A DNA stretch of 64,000 nt, from assembly GCA_004431415.1 (NCBI GenBank), contig QPMI01000157.1:186001-250000 (forward strand). The letters are read 5' to 3'. Under the pieces are notes generated by a model, which saw nothing but the letters and a program-made list of their open reading frames with translations, was not told the origin of the DNA and made no database searches. Position numbers and translations under genes: made by a program. Source of the DNA: Cyanophora paradoxa CCMP329 (Eukaryota; Plantae; Glaucophyta). Each line of letters opens with the position of its first letter. The first letter of the stretch is position 1. This document shows positions 47,313 to 59,182 of this stretch, one piece after another.

Positions 47313-50300
47313 TATTGGGCGGCACAGTTACACTTAATATGAGAGAGGAAACAATTTTTGGTAATGTGAGCCACAGCATTATTAATTCGATCTACCGAAA
47401 TATCTTCAAAGTCCATGGCATTGTAGCATCGCAGGCAATGCCATACTGCTTCCCATATCGCTGCTTGATCCAATCCCATGTGATGTAATCATGCTCATCG
47501 AATTGTCTGTTTGCTGCTCGGTCCTGATCCTTGTAAGTCGATATTTTCTCGTTATTCTCTCTCTTCCACACCTTCCAGTGAGCCATTTCGAAATTATCAT
47601 GGTAAATAACGACATCATCCAGCCTTGTGGTTCGTGTGAGAGCAACATAGAGCCACTTCTTTGACACAAATGGCGCCCCGTTTCGAACACAACTACCCTG
47701 TTCCCTTTGCAGCGAATCGTATCACCTTGAACAACATGGCAGGTGTTTGCATAAGCCAGGGCGAAATGTTTGACTGCATCCCTGCTGAGAACAATCTCAT
47801 CCTTCTTGTTGGCAATGTCAGCAATTATGAAACTGTCCTTTGAGAGCTTGACAATCTTGTAGACAAATCCATTATGAACTATTTTTCCACCCTTTGCAAT
47901 ACGAGTCTTTGCAACAACTTTGATGCCGCCAGCATAAATGGAAACATTATCCCCGTAGTTCATTTTGTGAAGGGCTAGGTTCACCTCTGCACCCTTGCGG
48001 TTTGTGTAAACAATGCCAATATCAGTCTTTTCCAATTCGTCCACAACCTTGAACCCATACTTCGCAAGGACCTCACTTACACTCAAACCTTTCTCGAACA
48101 AATCGATTCGAATCTGCTCAACCTTTCTGCGATCTTCCTCAGTCTCATGGCGCTTGTTCACTTGGAGTAACAATTCGTTGGGGAACAGGCGATGGAGGAT
48201 ATCGAGGTAATACTCATCTTGGTCAACACTCATATCTTGGATGGGTGGGTTTTGGTACGGGTCCCCTGTGGCGATGTATACCTTATCTGGGAACTGCTCA
48301 TTCATGATGTGGTCCAAGGCTGCCAGTTCCCCAATCTTAAACTGACAGATCTCATCAATAACAATGCAATCAAATTCTACCAAACCAGAGGCATTTCCTC
48401 CTACAATTTCATCCATGTTCGACTCATCGATTTTGAGATGAAGGGCATCATAGATTGTCTTCACATTTTTCAATCCTTGCTCTTTCATTTCTTTCACTCG
48501 CTTGTTGGTTGGAACAATATAGAGGGGATTTTGGAAACACTTTCCTCCATATTCAACTGTCATGTAAGTCTTTCCGACTCCCGGAACTGCTCCGAGAAGA
48601 ACCCATCGTTTTTGTGTAGCCAGCAAATCACAAATCGCGGTTGTGTCATACTCATCAACCACAGAGTGTTTGGTATAACTGTAGTTCTCGATTTTCACAA
48701 AGTCAGTCGCTCTCTCAAACTTTCCGTAACGAATTCGTTTTGCCTCGAGGTCTTTCTTCTCACCTGAAAACTTTTTAGAAAAATTGGGGCAGCATTTCAC
48801 ACTGAATTTTCCAATATTCTCAAAGGCATTGCGATCGAATGACATTGGGGCAATGGGTTCGTAAGCGATCCCATAAACACAATCGGTGTTCAAAGCAAGT
48901 GGTCGGATTTGCTGTTTAGCGAGTTCGACACACTTCTCATACATACACATCCTCATAATTGACAAGAGGGTAGTGTACAATGGCATGAAGCCATCAATGA
49001 GCTGCTTTTCTGCTACCTGATTGACATAGTAGATATGGGGTTCGGTCATCTCTTCCTCACACAGAACGAACTCTGTCTCCTCATAAGTGGCAAGAGTCTC
49101 ACCAAAGAGGTAAATCTTAACCTCCCCTCCATTCTGTTTCTGGAACTCGATCGCATCGTCTCTGTTGTGGAAAATGGTGGTTTTCACTCTGCTATTTCTT
49201 TGCTTTCCAGTTTGCCCAATCGCACTCACTAAGATCTGCTTCTTATCAACAGGATCGAGGTCGCTATCTAAGATTCGAGCAACTGTGTTGCCTGCAAGGT
49301 TGGGAATGAGTTTGTAAGGTCGCAGAACCGCTTTGATGGAGATGTCATCCTTGAAATCCTCGAAATGCTTTTTGAGAACCAAACCAGGAACGACATTGTA
49401 CTTGGAATCAATGATCATCCTCTTGTATCTGTTGTAGGTGTTTGCTTCGTACTCCTTTCCGTTCTTGTCTTTGGCTTTGAAAAAGTATTTGTCGTCCAGT
49501 TTCACGTAATAGAAGCTGTATTCCTCGATTTGCTCTGCATCTGTGATTGTCACACTCTTGAAGACATCGAACTTGCTGAGAACAGGAACGAATTTGATCA
49601 TCAAGGCTACAATGTAAGGGTATGCTTTGCACATATCGAACTCGTAAATATCTGTGTTATAGCGAATTTCATCAAAGGTCTCCTCATCCACATCAAAGAG
49701 ACCACGAAGGGCAGTCTGCACTCCATTCTTGAATGCATTTATGGTTTGCTCATTGTAAGTACTCTTGTTGGAAGTGTTGATTAGAGACCTATACATATCC
49801 AGATTTAGTTTCTCGAACTTATCTCTGTACTCAGCATTCTTGAAGCTAATCTCGAAAGCTGTTTCCACATCTGTATCGTTACCAGGTGGGGTCACGACAA
49901 CATCCTTATCGTCAATAGTGAAACGAATATGGGTTGCCTTTCCGATTTGGGAGAACCCAGGTTGCACCTGATAATTATGCACCACAATGAACTCTCTGAG
50001 AAGTTCATCCAGTGAACCACCATAGCAGATTCGAATGCTCGATTGGTTCTTTGGATTGTCAGACCTGACAATTCTCAGAATGTCGTCTGGATTTGTGGCA
50101 AACTCCTTGAACCTTCTTTGCTTTATAATCTTGTAACGAGAACTGAGTGGAACATTGGTATCTTTTGGCTTGGAGCCATTGAAGGACTGTGTGAGAGCCT
50201 TAATATTGTGATTTAACAAATACATGTGACCATTCTCAATCTTCACATATGCAACAGAAGGGGTCAAGTGTGTGTTTCTGGTCTTGGGCAGGAAAGTCAG

Positions 50301-51401
50301 TTCAGGGACAGGGGTCCTGTCGTCCTTTCCAATTGTAACCATGCCTAGGCGCAGTGGGTCAAGAACCTTCTCCGAAATGGACTTGAAAGAAATGCCCCAA
50401 TCATCTCCTTCAACAGGGTCTCGCCCATTCACCATCTTAAAGAGTCCGTTATAAGACCAATCGATGCGCTTGTATTTCCCTTTGGTCTTAGCCTTCTCAA
50501 ATGCTCCTCCAAACCATTTGATGAGGACATCGAAAACACACTTCCCAACCTTGAATGAGTCTCCTTTCAAGAACATTTCCTTGAATGTGGTGGCTTGGGG
50601 GTTCCCTTCGTTTTTAATGAAATTCGAAATAATCATTGGAGCGTTTGTATTGTCTCTGAGGACTTGTTCATTTCTTGGGATGTATTCTTCATTATCTGTC
50701 GTGATGACTCTTTCAATTGTCATAATATCGGGGTAGGTATCTTGCTCAATTAGTTTTAGGTAGCGGAAATCTTGATTGGTCGAGTTAAACTCAATAACTG
50801 CTGCAATAAATTCAGCAATGACAGTCCCCTCAACACATGGGAACGTATTGAAGGTGGATTGAACCAGACCGAGAGCATTCAGAAAAGCTGCCTTGGTACA
50901 CTGGATACCAAAGGGGCGATTGTTCCGAAGCCTCTTCGATTCAATGTAGGTCACACCATTCTCAGTGACCCTGTTTGCATTTGCAGGGGCTTGTTCTCCC
51001 TCTTGCAACTCACGGAAGAGTCTCACATTCAGGGTGACCATGTTTCCAGGTGAGTTTTCAACAAACTCACGGAGGTTAGCAATCATCTGCTGGAAAGGAG
51101 TCAAGCGCTTCCGCTCTCTCGCTTGCTCCGCTTTCTTGTTTTGCTTCTCAACATTCTTAGCGGCTCTCTCAGCCCTCTTCTCCTTCTTCTCCTGCTTGCG
51201 ATACAAACGAGGCTCTACGATACCTCTCAGTGTATCTCTGATATCAATCAACTTTGGAATTCTAATTGCTTTGAAAGTAAATTCTCTCAAGAAATAGATA
51301 TCCTGCTCTCGGGTCAATTTGTCTTCTACTTTTGCTTGCATGTAGTAACCGAGAATCTCATCCTGCAAATTCTTCGAAATTCGATTACTTGGTCGAGGCA
51401 T
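47312..51401 (-). CDS. Fusion of divergent PolB-like domain, superfamily 1 helicase and C-terminal HNH-type nuclease domain
   Basis: PolB-like motifs EFDMCKAYP, KQILVSAIG, NTDCV. SF1 motifs GAVPGVGKT, VIDEI, GDPYQNPP, NKRH, YANTCHVVQGDT, WLYVALTR. After two frameshifts comes CLRC...ISVDRINNAVAHITKNCFLSHIKCN*. The stop overlaps the integrase start (TAATG). Confidence 0.85.
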
Positions 51402-51641
51402 TTCTTTGTTCACTCTATTAATATATACCTACAAAAGTTTTCTTTAAATACTTTTATACTCGCGTCAAATTTTACCGGCAAAACCAAAAGTCTCCAACAA
51501 AATATATTTAGTCGAGGGCATTCATAAAAATAACAAAGGGTTGGCTCGATCATTGAACTCTAAAAATAACAGAAAGATTTTATTTGTGGTTCCAGCGCGG
51601 TTCCACGGGTTTCTCAGAGCAGATCGCGCTGAGAAAAACGA

Positions 51642-51899
51642 TTAACAGAGATATTTCGATTTGCGACCACGGTTAGAATACGGGACACCATAGAGATACT
51701 TCACAAAGCAGACTGCATTGGAAGCATAGAGACGCTGGGAACTCTCAACGATTCTCATGGCTCTGTAACACTCATCAGTATGGTATAAATCACGCATTTG
51801 CTTCGCGAATTTCGCATTATACTTTTTTAAATATTCCTGACCTTTTTCAGTTTTACGATAACGGTAAGTAGCACGCTTCTGAGCCTCACTGATTGGCAT
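51642..51899 (-). CDS. Small basic putative DNA-binding protein (element B)
   Basis: MPISEAQKRATYRYRKTEKG...RGRKSKY; homologue at 58919..59182. Confidence 0.7.
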   Translation of the reverse strand: MPISEAQKRATYRYRKTEKGQEYLKKYNAKFAKQMRDLYHTDECYRAMRIVESSQRLYASNAVCFVKYLYGVPYSNRGRKSKYLC

Positions 51900-52259
51900 T
51901 TTGTCCTTTTCTACTCTCTTAATATATGTTAAGAAATCTTTAAGTAGTTTTTCTGTCTGTATATAGCGATTAAACTCCTGTCAAATTTTGGTCCCAATCG
52001 CAGAGCATCCAATTCTGAAAGAAGATGCTGGAAAAATGATAAAGCCACCGAAACCAAATAGGCTCACTTGTCGGCTGCAAGTTTCTACCACTGAACCCGG
52101 TAGAACAGGTGATTAAAGTGATATCTGTGGATAATTCACTTCGCTCTACAACGCCTCCATAAAAATGAAGAAGTTTTGAGCCTACGGGATAAGATTGGTT
52201 ACGTAGCGCTAACAATGTTCAAGATTTTTTTAATTCGGAAATGATGCGTGAGCCGTCCC

Positions 52260-53007
52260 TTAACGGCGATAACCAGGTTTAATACCGAGCTTGGCAAACC
52301 CTGAGACCATTGGGGCAGCATTTGGAATCGAGTTGACTGGATCAGCCTGCGAAGTGGCAACCCGAAGGATCGATTTATTGAGGACCGGCAAATCCGTTTT
52401 GTTGGACTCTTGATAATCGATGGTCTTTGCAATCAATTCGGCTGGCGATTCTTTTGCAACATGAACAGGTTCAGGGATGACTTCATGGTTACTTCTGGTT
52501 TCTTCTCAACCTTTTCCTTTGTGATTGGCTGTTCCTTGATCCTGTTTTCGTTTTTGGTCTCTGCTGCGATACCATCAACAAGACTCTTAGCATACTGGTA
52601 TGTCACAGATTTCAGTCCACCAGTGGTTGAACGAATAAAGTAGCGGTTGCGATGGTCTTTCTCGGAATAGGTTGAGTAGAGTCGCTCACCACCATCAAGC
52701 AGTTTCAGCAGTGTTGATGATGAGGCAACCTTGTCCTTTGTCGATGATTTGAACTGTCCTTTCTTGATTCCTCGTTTGGCTCCAGGCATGCGGTTCAGTG
52801 GGACTTGATCAACCAGGGCATTATCATCATTTGAGTTTGAAGTAAGCGCAATTGTGTGAGCATTCATGGTCTGGTGAACATTTTATCGAGATCACCAGTT
52901 CCATATGCAGCGGTTCCTTTTGATTTCTTAAACTGTTTCCGTTCTGGTTCCGCTTGCTCAACTGGTTTGGCTAAGAAATTCTTTGGCTGGGTCTTTCGAG
53001 TTGCCAT
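52260..53007 (-). CDS. Lys-rich putative virion core protein (element B, frameshifted)
   Basis: Near-identical to the intact 59539..60300; starts MATRKTQPKNFLAKP. Confidence 0.65.
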
Positions 53008-53043
53008 TTGTAATATCGAGACAAATTTATTCTACAGTATTTC

Positions 53044-53940
53044 CTATGACCGTGAGAACGGCAAGTAGAGTCCTCCAACTCTTTAATGACATTCTTCAAT
53101 GCTTTCTTGGTCAGATCTTTATCATCTTCCGTAATGAGTTCAAGTGTCATCGACCAGTCAGTGGTAATATCCGTTTCAGCACCATTCCAGTATGTGAGAC
53201 GAACTTTTAGCGTTTCCACTTCCACTAAACCATTTTGCTCATGCAGGATCATGGAATTATTCGATGAATCGTATTTTAGCAGACTGCCTACCGTTTGATC
53301 AATCTCGATTTTTGCGAGGGCTTTATCATCACTGGTATTCTTGCTAACATAATTGCCTTTGAGTGGATCGACATGTAGAAGGATGTAAGAGTTAAACAGA
53401 AGATCAAGCGGTATAGCACTGTCAATGTAGTAATTATAAGTATTAGCTCCAACTGTTACAGGTGAATCGAGCAGGGCAGAAGCGTAACCATTTTCAGAAC
53501 TGTCAGGTCTGCGATCTGGGAAACCAAGGAAGTTCGCTAAAATCCGACTTCCAAAGGTGAGGGTAAATGTTGCATCGCACATGAACCTTAGAAACATGGT
53601 AACAGGATCATATGTAACGTAGAAATGGCGAGTATAGGTAGTTCCTGCTGCACCATACACCTGTGAAGCTAATTTGGCATTTAGAAGATTCACCAAACTA
53701 TCCGAAGTATATGTCCTTTTGAAATAGTGTTATTCTTAGTTTTAATTACATCCCCAGCATCATAGGTTCCTGTAATCAAACTTCCATTTTCGCTGAGATT
53801 GTAAATGTTATTGAACATCTCAAAGTTAGTCACTCTGCAGGCTCTCACATTTTGGATTGCATGGGAATTTTATAAGTGAAGTTCGTTGGGGTTCCATCAT
53901 CTCGGTCCCTGGAATCAATATTAAGGTAATGACGCGTCAT
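53044..53940 (-). CDS. Minor capsid (penton-like) protein of element B, frameshifted
   Basis: Reconstructed start MTRHYLNIDSRDR.DGTPTNF; C-terminal LAKI...LKVRLTYWNG...WSMTLEL typical of single-jelly-roll minor capsid proteins; divergent from the MCP. Confidence 0.75.
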
Positions 53941-53992
53941 TCTGTTTAATAAAGCATTTTAAAAATTTCTTTTGGTATTTTAAACATAAGAG
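53941..53992. promoter_or_regulatory. 52-bp AT-rich divergent promoter region between penton and MCP
   Basis: Identical to 61224-61275 in element A. Confidence 0.6.
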
Positions 53993-55219
53993 ATGGCACT
54001 CACTGGAACTACCCTTAAGGAACTCCTCGTTACTCCCGGTTCTGATCAAATTTATCTTTCCCCTGGTCTCCAAATCGGAACCAACCCCAAGTACAAACCA
54101 TTCCTCGAGCAAGTTCGTCCCCGAGGCAATACTTTTGGCTTTAAGAATACCGCTTACTTTGATCTACCTCGCAAGCAACTCCTTGCTGGTGTTTCGCTCT
54201 ATTTCAAGATTGCCACTGGTGGTGGTGTAGCCTGCACCCTCCCTAATGGTGGTTCTTCCTTTATTAATGAGGTCCGCTTTGTTCATGGTGGTTTCAAGTA
54301 TATCATCCCTGGTGACTGGATTACTGTTAACGCTCTGATTGATAATGATCATGCTACAATGAGCAGCATGTATGCTTCTCTCGGTTACTTCAAAGAACTT
54401 GATCGTGAAAGCACAGATGAGGCTATGGAATACATCGTTAAAATCCCGGCTGCTTTCTGGGATGATGCCTATTTTCCACTATGCACTCTGGCTGATATGC
54501 CAACAATCGAGGTTGATTTCCGTGATGCTGCAATTGTCAAAGTTCCTGCCGGTGGATCTGTTACCTTTTCAGATTGCTCCCTGATCTGTCAATTCGTAAA
54601 CATCGCTTCGGCTGAGGCTGAGACACTTTTGAAAATGGCAAATGAACAAGGTGGCATTCGCATTCCGATCACAGAGGTCATCCACAAGAAGACACGAGCG
54701 CTCAAAACCGCTGATGCTGGTGAATCGGTTGAGGTTACACTCGCTAATGTTTCCGGACTGGTTCATTCAATTCTCATGACTGTTCGAGAGGTGAACAAAC
54801 TAAATACCTACACTCACTCGGATTTCTGTGGTCATGTATCGGATGTTAAGATCGATCAGTTCCAGATCTTCCACAACAATCGCTCCCTCGATATCTCCAA
54901 CAAACCCATTTCTGGTTTCCTCTCGGCTATCAATCACATTCCTTCTCATTACAAGGGTGTTACTGTTGGCAATACTACTTATGGATTCGAGAATGGAAAT
55001 ATTTACGGAATCGTTCTTTCCAAATCTGGAAAAGATTCGCTTCGGAACAGTGTTATGGGTTACCAGGATTTCTTCAACAGCAGTTCCAGTTACATGGATC
55101 TCACTGTTTCGGGATGCACTGATGCTGCTCCTGTTCAGGTTGATATCTATGCCCTACGACACAATGTTATGGTCCTAAATGGCTACAACATCTCTACCCT
55201 GAAAGTCTCGAACTTCTAA
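53993..55219 (+). CDS. Double-jelly-roll major capsid protein (element B)
   Basis: 408 aa. N-terminal G..L..L...G.D.IYL...FG....F.LPR..LL and C-terminal VDIYALRHNVMVLNG resemble NCLDV-type/PLV MCPs. Flanked by penton and A32 ATPase. Confidence 0.88.
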   Translation: MALTGTTLKELLVTPGSDQIYLSPGLQIGTNPKYKPFLEQVRPRGNTFGFKNTAYFDLPRKQLLAGVSLYFKIATGGGVACTLPNGGSSFINEVRFVHGGFKYIIPGDWITVNALIDNDHATMSSMYASLGYFKELDRESTDEAMEYIVKIPAAFWDDAYFPLCTLADMPTIEVDFRDAAIVKVPAGGSVTFSDCSLICQFVNIASAEAETLLKMANEQGGIRIPITEVIHKKTRALKTADAGESVEVTLANVSGLVHSILMTVREVNKLNTYTHSDFCGHVSDVKIDQFQIFHNNRSLDISNKPISGFLSAINHIPSHYKGVTVGNTTYGFENGNIYGIVLSKSGKDSLRNSVMGYQDFFNSSSSYMDLTVSGCTDAAPVQVDIYALRHNVMVLNGYNISTLKVSNF

Positions 55220-55237
55220 GCGCGGTTTCGCCCGCGC
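55220..55237 (+). terminator. GC-rich hairpin immediately after MCP stop
   Basis: gcgcgg-tttcgc-ccgcgc in an AT-rich background; absent at the equivalent position in element A. Confidence 0.35.
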
Positions 55238-55365
55238 GCAACGACCGAAGGAAGTAGATTCTTTTCTTTCGTTAGAGTAGGAAGCGCAAAAGTAGTAGGG
55301 TCGGCATGACAAGCATGCCTTGCATGCGCTAAGGGGTTTATTTTGTTTTTTATCTTATTACTGTA

Positions 55366-56131
55366 ATGGATAACACAGGAATGGATATTGATTTGAACGA
55401 CATCCCAGAGTTTGAGCCTGCAAGAACAGTAAAGTTAAGCACGCGTTTTTTACTTTGCGGGCGCAGCAACTCGGGAAAAACAACCTACTGCAAATATCTA
55501 CTTTATGAACTGAGGGATAAGATCGATCAGATTGTAGTTTTTAGTTCTACTGCATTTACAGGTCAGTTCAGAGATATAACGCATCCTGATAATATCTATG
55601 AGGAATGGACGATAATGTAGTAGTGAAACTCATTAGCATGCAAAAGAAACGAATTGAAAATAATGAAAAACGCAACAATCTTGTTATTATACTTGATGAT
55701 ATGATCGGTTCCAATTTAGATATGCATAATTCGGCTGTGTTATCTAAACTGATCACGACAGCCGTCATTATTCGATTACAGTAATTATTAATACTCAACG
55801 TTTATGCTCTATTTCTACTACAATTCGTCGAAATGTTGAGTTCGTAGTATTTTTCAATATTCTTGGGAATGAGAAGGAGTTTAACTGCGCTTATGATGAG
55901 TATAATGGGGGTCTTGATAAAAAGACCTACAAAGAGTTACATAAAATGTGGGGTTACAATTACCAAACAGTCATAACTGGATTGCAAGGGTATGATATCA
56001 AAGTATACACAGACCGCGCAATATTAACAGATGATGATATGAAAGGCTTTAAGAAGTTTGTTAAGAGACGAGCGATAAAAAAGAGAGAATCAATACGAGT
56101 TAGTAATGAACCCACAACAATAACGGTTTAG
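55366..56131 (+). CDS. A32/FtsK-like genome packaging ATPase (element B, frameshifted)
   Basis: Walker A GRSNSGKT, Walker B IILDD and RHY motif; colinear with the intact 62582..63340. Confidence 0.88.
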
Positions 56132-56152
56132 ATAACAAGGAATGTTTGAAAC

Positions 56153-56446
56153 TCATTTCGTGTCCATTGCGTTTTTCAAAATCAATTTCCTACGTAATTT
56201 ACAGCGTGTATGGTTTACATCGTGTCTTTTTTCTAATATTTGTGAGTATTGGTGTGTGTTCATAGTTTCCATGGTAGATAAGAAGCCTTTCATAAGATTT
56301 GTTTTATATTTGCTTGGTAGTTTGTTAACATTTAAACCAGCACTATTAGCGGTTTTCTCAATCAATTTGCTTAATTGTTGCTCATCTGGAATTATGGGCA
56401 TATCTTGAAGAATCTCTTCAACATCTTCTGGTATTATGGTGGTCAT
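56153..56446 (-). CDS. 97-aa hypothetical protein unique to element B
   Basis: Clean ATG-start ORF between the ATPase and the right TIR, preceded by an AAAAATGA motif. Confidence 0.55.
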   Translation of the reverse strand: MTTIIPEDVEEILQDMPIIPDEQQLSKLIEKTANSAGLNVNKLPSKYKTNLMKGFLSTMETMNTHQYSQILEKRHDVNHTRCKLRRKLILKNAMDTK

Positions 56447-56559
56447 TTACAGATCGATATGGTTAATTTAAAAACAGTCGTCATTTTTTTGGATCGGTCA
56501 AAATTTGATTACGTTTAAAATTGATATAACTTCGATTGAATATAACTAATCGAGATATT

Positions 56560-56937
56560 GATATAACTTCGATTAAATATAATTAATCGAGATAATGATA
56601 TAACTTCGATAAATAAGATTTAAGATATAACTTCGATAAATTCGATTTTTGTTACTGAGGCTTACTGAGATTTAGTGAGATTTGGAATTGGGTTACTGTG
56701 AATGGTTTGTTTTTCTTGGGAATTGTTTTGGAGACACGGCGCATAAAAAAGATATAACTGCGATAAGATATAATTAATCGAGATTATGATATAACGTCGA
56801 TTAATTAAATTTTTGTTACTGAGGCTTACTGAGATTTACTGATATTCAAGATTGGGTTACTGGGAATGGTTTGTTTTCTGATTTGTTTTTGATTTTTTCG
56901 CGGGTATTTTTTTGGAGACACGGCGCAGTGCTGAGCT
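56560..56937 (-). repeat. Right terminal inverted repeat of element B (378 bp)
   Basis: Reverse complement of the left TIR plus 5 extra terminal bases (GAGCT). Confidence 0.95.
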
Positions 56938-58686
56938 ACAGATGTAGCAAGCAACAGAATCTCTGTAATCCTCTTTGTGCCATTGTTCCATAACCATTGG
57001 GGCAACATGTCTAAGCTTCTCAAGTAAATCGGATTCAATCGTTTTCAGTGTCTCCATAAAGTGCTGTGTAACCTCATCATCGTTCTCTGGGTTCTCCTTT
57101 CGATACAATACCTGTTTGATAATCTCATCGTTGTGGATAACCATGATTTTGTATCCACTGGGAATGTGTTTCTGGTAGACTGCAGTGTTTTCACCTCGTG
57201 TCTCATCCACCTTTTGCAATATACATTCAAAGTCAGCAACAACAAACATTGGATGCCATACAGTCTTGTCAACATGTCTCTTTGGGTCCCACTTGGTCTT
57301 AGATCCGCTTGGTGGCATTGTGTCAACTGTTGCATTTGGTCGATCGTAACACTTGTTGTGTTTAATGTGGGTCTCCAATACCGTTTCACTGGTGAACCCT
57401 CTCAAACAAGCTTTACAGAAATGGCGAGTTCCATGGTGCGAATTGGATATTAACCTTGACATGCTAGAAATGTAACCATAGTGGGTTTTTTCGTTGACAG
57501 TCCACAGAAGAATGTCAATTGTAAGATGTTGTTTAGATGGATCCTTACAGATATGGACTGGAACGATATGTGATCGATCGACCATATACACATTGATTGG
57601 TCGACCAATCATTTTTGATGCTCGTTCGTACTGACGAGGATCATTCTTGAATGGGAACTCAAACTTATTCCAATTGAACTCATTCTCATACTTCTTGTAT
57701 CGCTTTACATCGTATCGGTGTTTATGAGATAGCTCATGTTGATGTAGTCCAATAGTTACCGCCCATGCGAAACATTTATTATCTTTGTTCTGTGGATTAA
57801 TCACAGCTTTACGCTTTTTTATTCCTGGTGGGAGGTCAATATAGGAGCTACCTGCGAGTGGCTGATAAGTAAGAATCTGCAAGCGAACTGTTAAGATGTT
57901 TTCTAGCTTCCAACTATCAGGTGAAGTGAGAACCTCCTGCAATGCATCAATTGATTCATCAACAGTATCAACAATCTCTTGATCATTGACAAGAAGGTAG
58001 AATGGGGTGGTCCATTGCATGGTTCTTATTTCTCCAGTTGCCACTTTCACATATCTCGCCATGCTGTAGAGGTTATACTTAATACCTCGTCTGTTACGAA
58101 GAGCATCTCGAAAACGATTGTAGAAGGCATCCCAACCAACAACCTTATCGATAAACTCATGGGCAGAAGCGATTTTATTTTTGGTCTGGTTCCTCCAAGT
58201 TACTTCACTCACGAGATTATTCATAGCCTGCATTACCTCTGCCTCCTCTCGTTGTCTCTTCTCATCCTCTCTCTGCTGTTTTGCCTCCTTTGCTCTTTGC
58301 TCCTTAGACTTCTGCTTCTCCACATTCTTAGCGGTTCTTCCTGCTTTCTTCTGCTTCTTTTGCTGCTTCCTTTCAGCTCTCTTGTCTCGTTTTTCAGCGA
58401 TCCTCTCTGCTTTGGTCTTCTTATTTCCACCTTCAATAGCCTCAATGTTACCGAATCTCTCGATTTCATCCTGCTCATTCAGTCTGCCCTCACCCCTGGC
58501 AATAATACCATCAATTGTATCGCTTATGTCCTTCAGACCAGCAGATCGAAGTCTCTTAATGAAGGCAAAGTAACCCAATGCGTTAAATTGCTCTTCATTT
58601 ATGATTCCGGCACCAAGAAGGTAACCAAGCTTTGCTAGCATTCCTTGTCTCTTTCTCGCATTCTGAATACTTACTGCGCGAGGCAT
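56938..58686 (-). pseudogene. Protein-primed DNA polymerase B of element A, N-terminal part
   Basis: GSSYIDLP..IK.RKAVINPQNKDNKCFAWAV, INVY, HYGYI..MSRL, C..CL..F...L..H, exonuclease VADFECI. The frame runs into the TIR at ...CYIC. 56938-56942 is the right TSD. Confidence 0.93.
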
Positions 58687-58918
58687 TTTCACTTTTATAT
58701 ATACTCTATATTTTATTTCCTTAAGTCATTTTATACTCGCGTCAAATTTTACCGGCAAAACCAAAAGTCTCCAACAAAATAAATTCAGTCGAGGGCATTT
58801 ATAAAAATAACAAAGGGTTGGCTCGATCATCGAACTCTAAAAATAACAGAAAGATTTATAGTTTTGCTTCCAGCGCGGTTTCCGCGGGTTCTCAGAGCAA
58901 TCGCGCTGAGAAAAACGA

Positions 58919-59182
58919 TTAACAAGCATTAACGTACTTTGATGGACGTCCACGGTTGGTACGAGGAACGTCAAATAGATACTTTACATAGAGAATGGTG
59001 TTATTTACATATTGAGCCTTGCATGAAGTCATTATGTGAGCTTGTCTGAATTCTTCATCATTGTTATAGAGTTCGTTCCATTTTGCATTGCGTTTCTCAT
59101 TAATCCTAGCAAGCGCTAACATACCCTTTTCTGTTTTACGGTAGCGGTAAGTTGCTTTCTTTTGGGCTTCTGTGATCGTCAT
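58919..59182 (-). CDS. Small basic putative DNA-binding protein (element A)
   Basis: MTITEAQKKATYRYRKTEKG...RGRPSKY (AT-hook-like RGRP). Confidence 0.7.
   Translation of the reverse strand: MTITEAQKKATYRYRKTEKGMLALARINEKRNAKWNELYNNDEEFRQAHIMTSCKAQYVNNTILYVKYLFDVPRTNRGRPSKYVNAC

Larger units (their letters stand above)
45268..56937. mobile_element. Inner endogenous Polinton-like virus (element B), 11,670 bp, complete with TIRs and TSD
   Basis: TIRs at 45268-45640 and 56560-56937; AG...CT termini; 5-bp TSD. Encodes integrase, PolB-helicase fusion, penton-like protein, MCP and ATPase. Confidence 0.95.
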
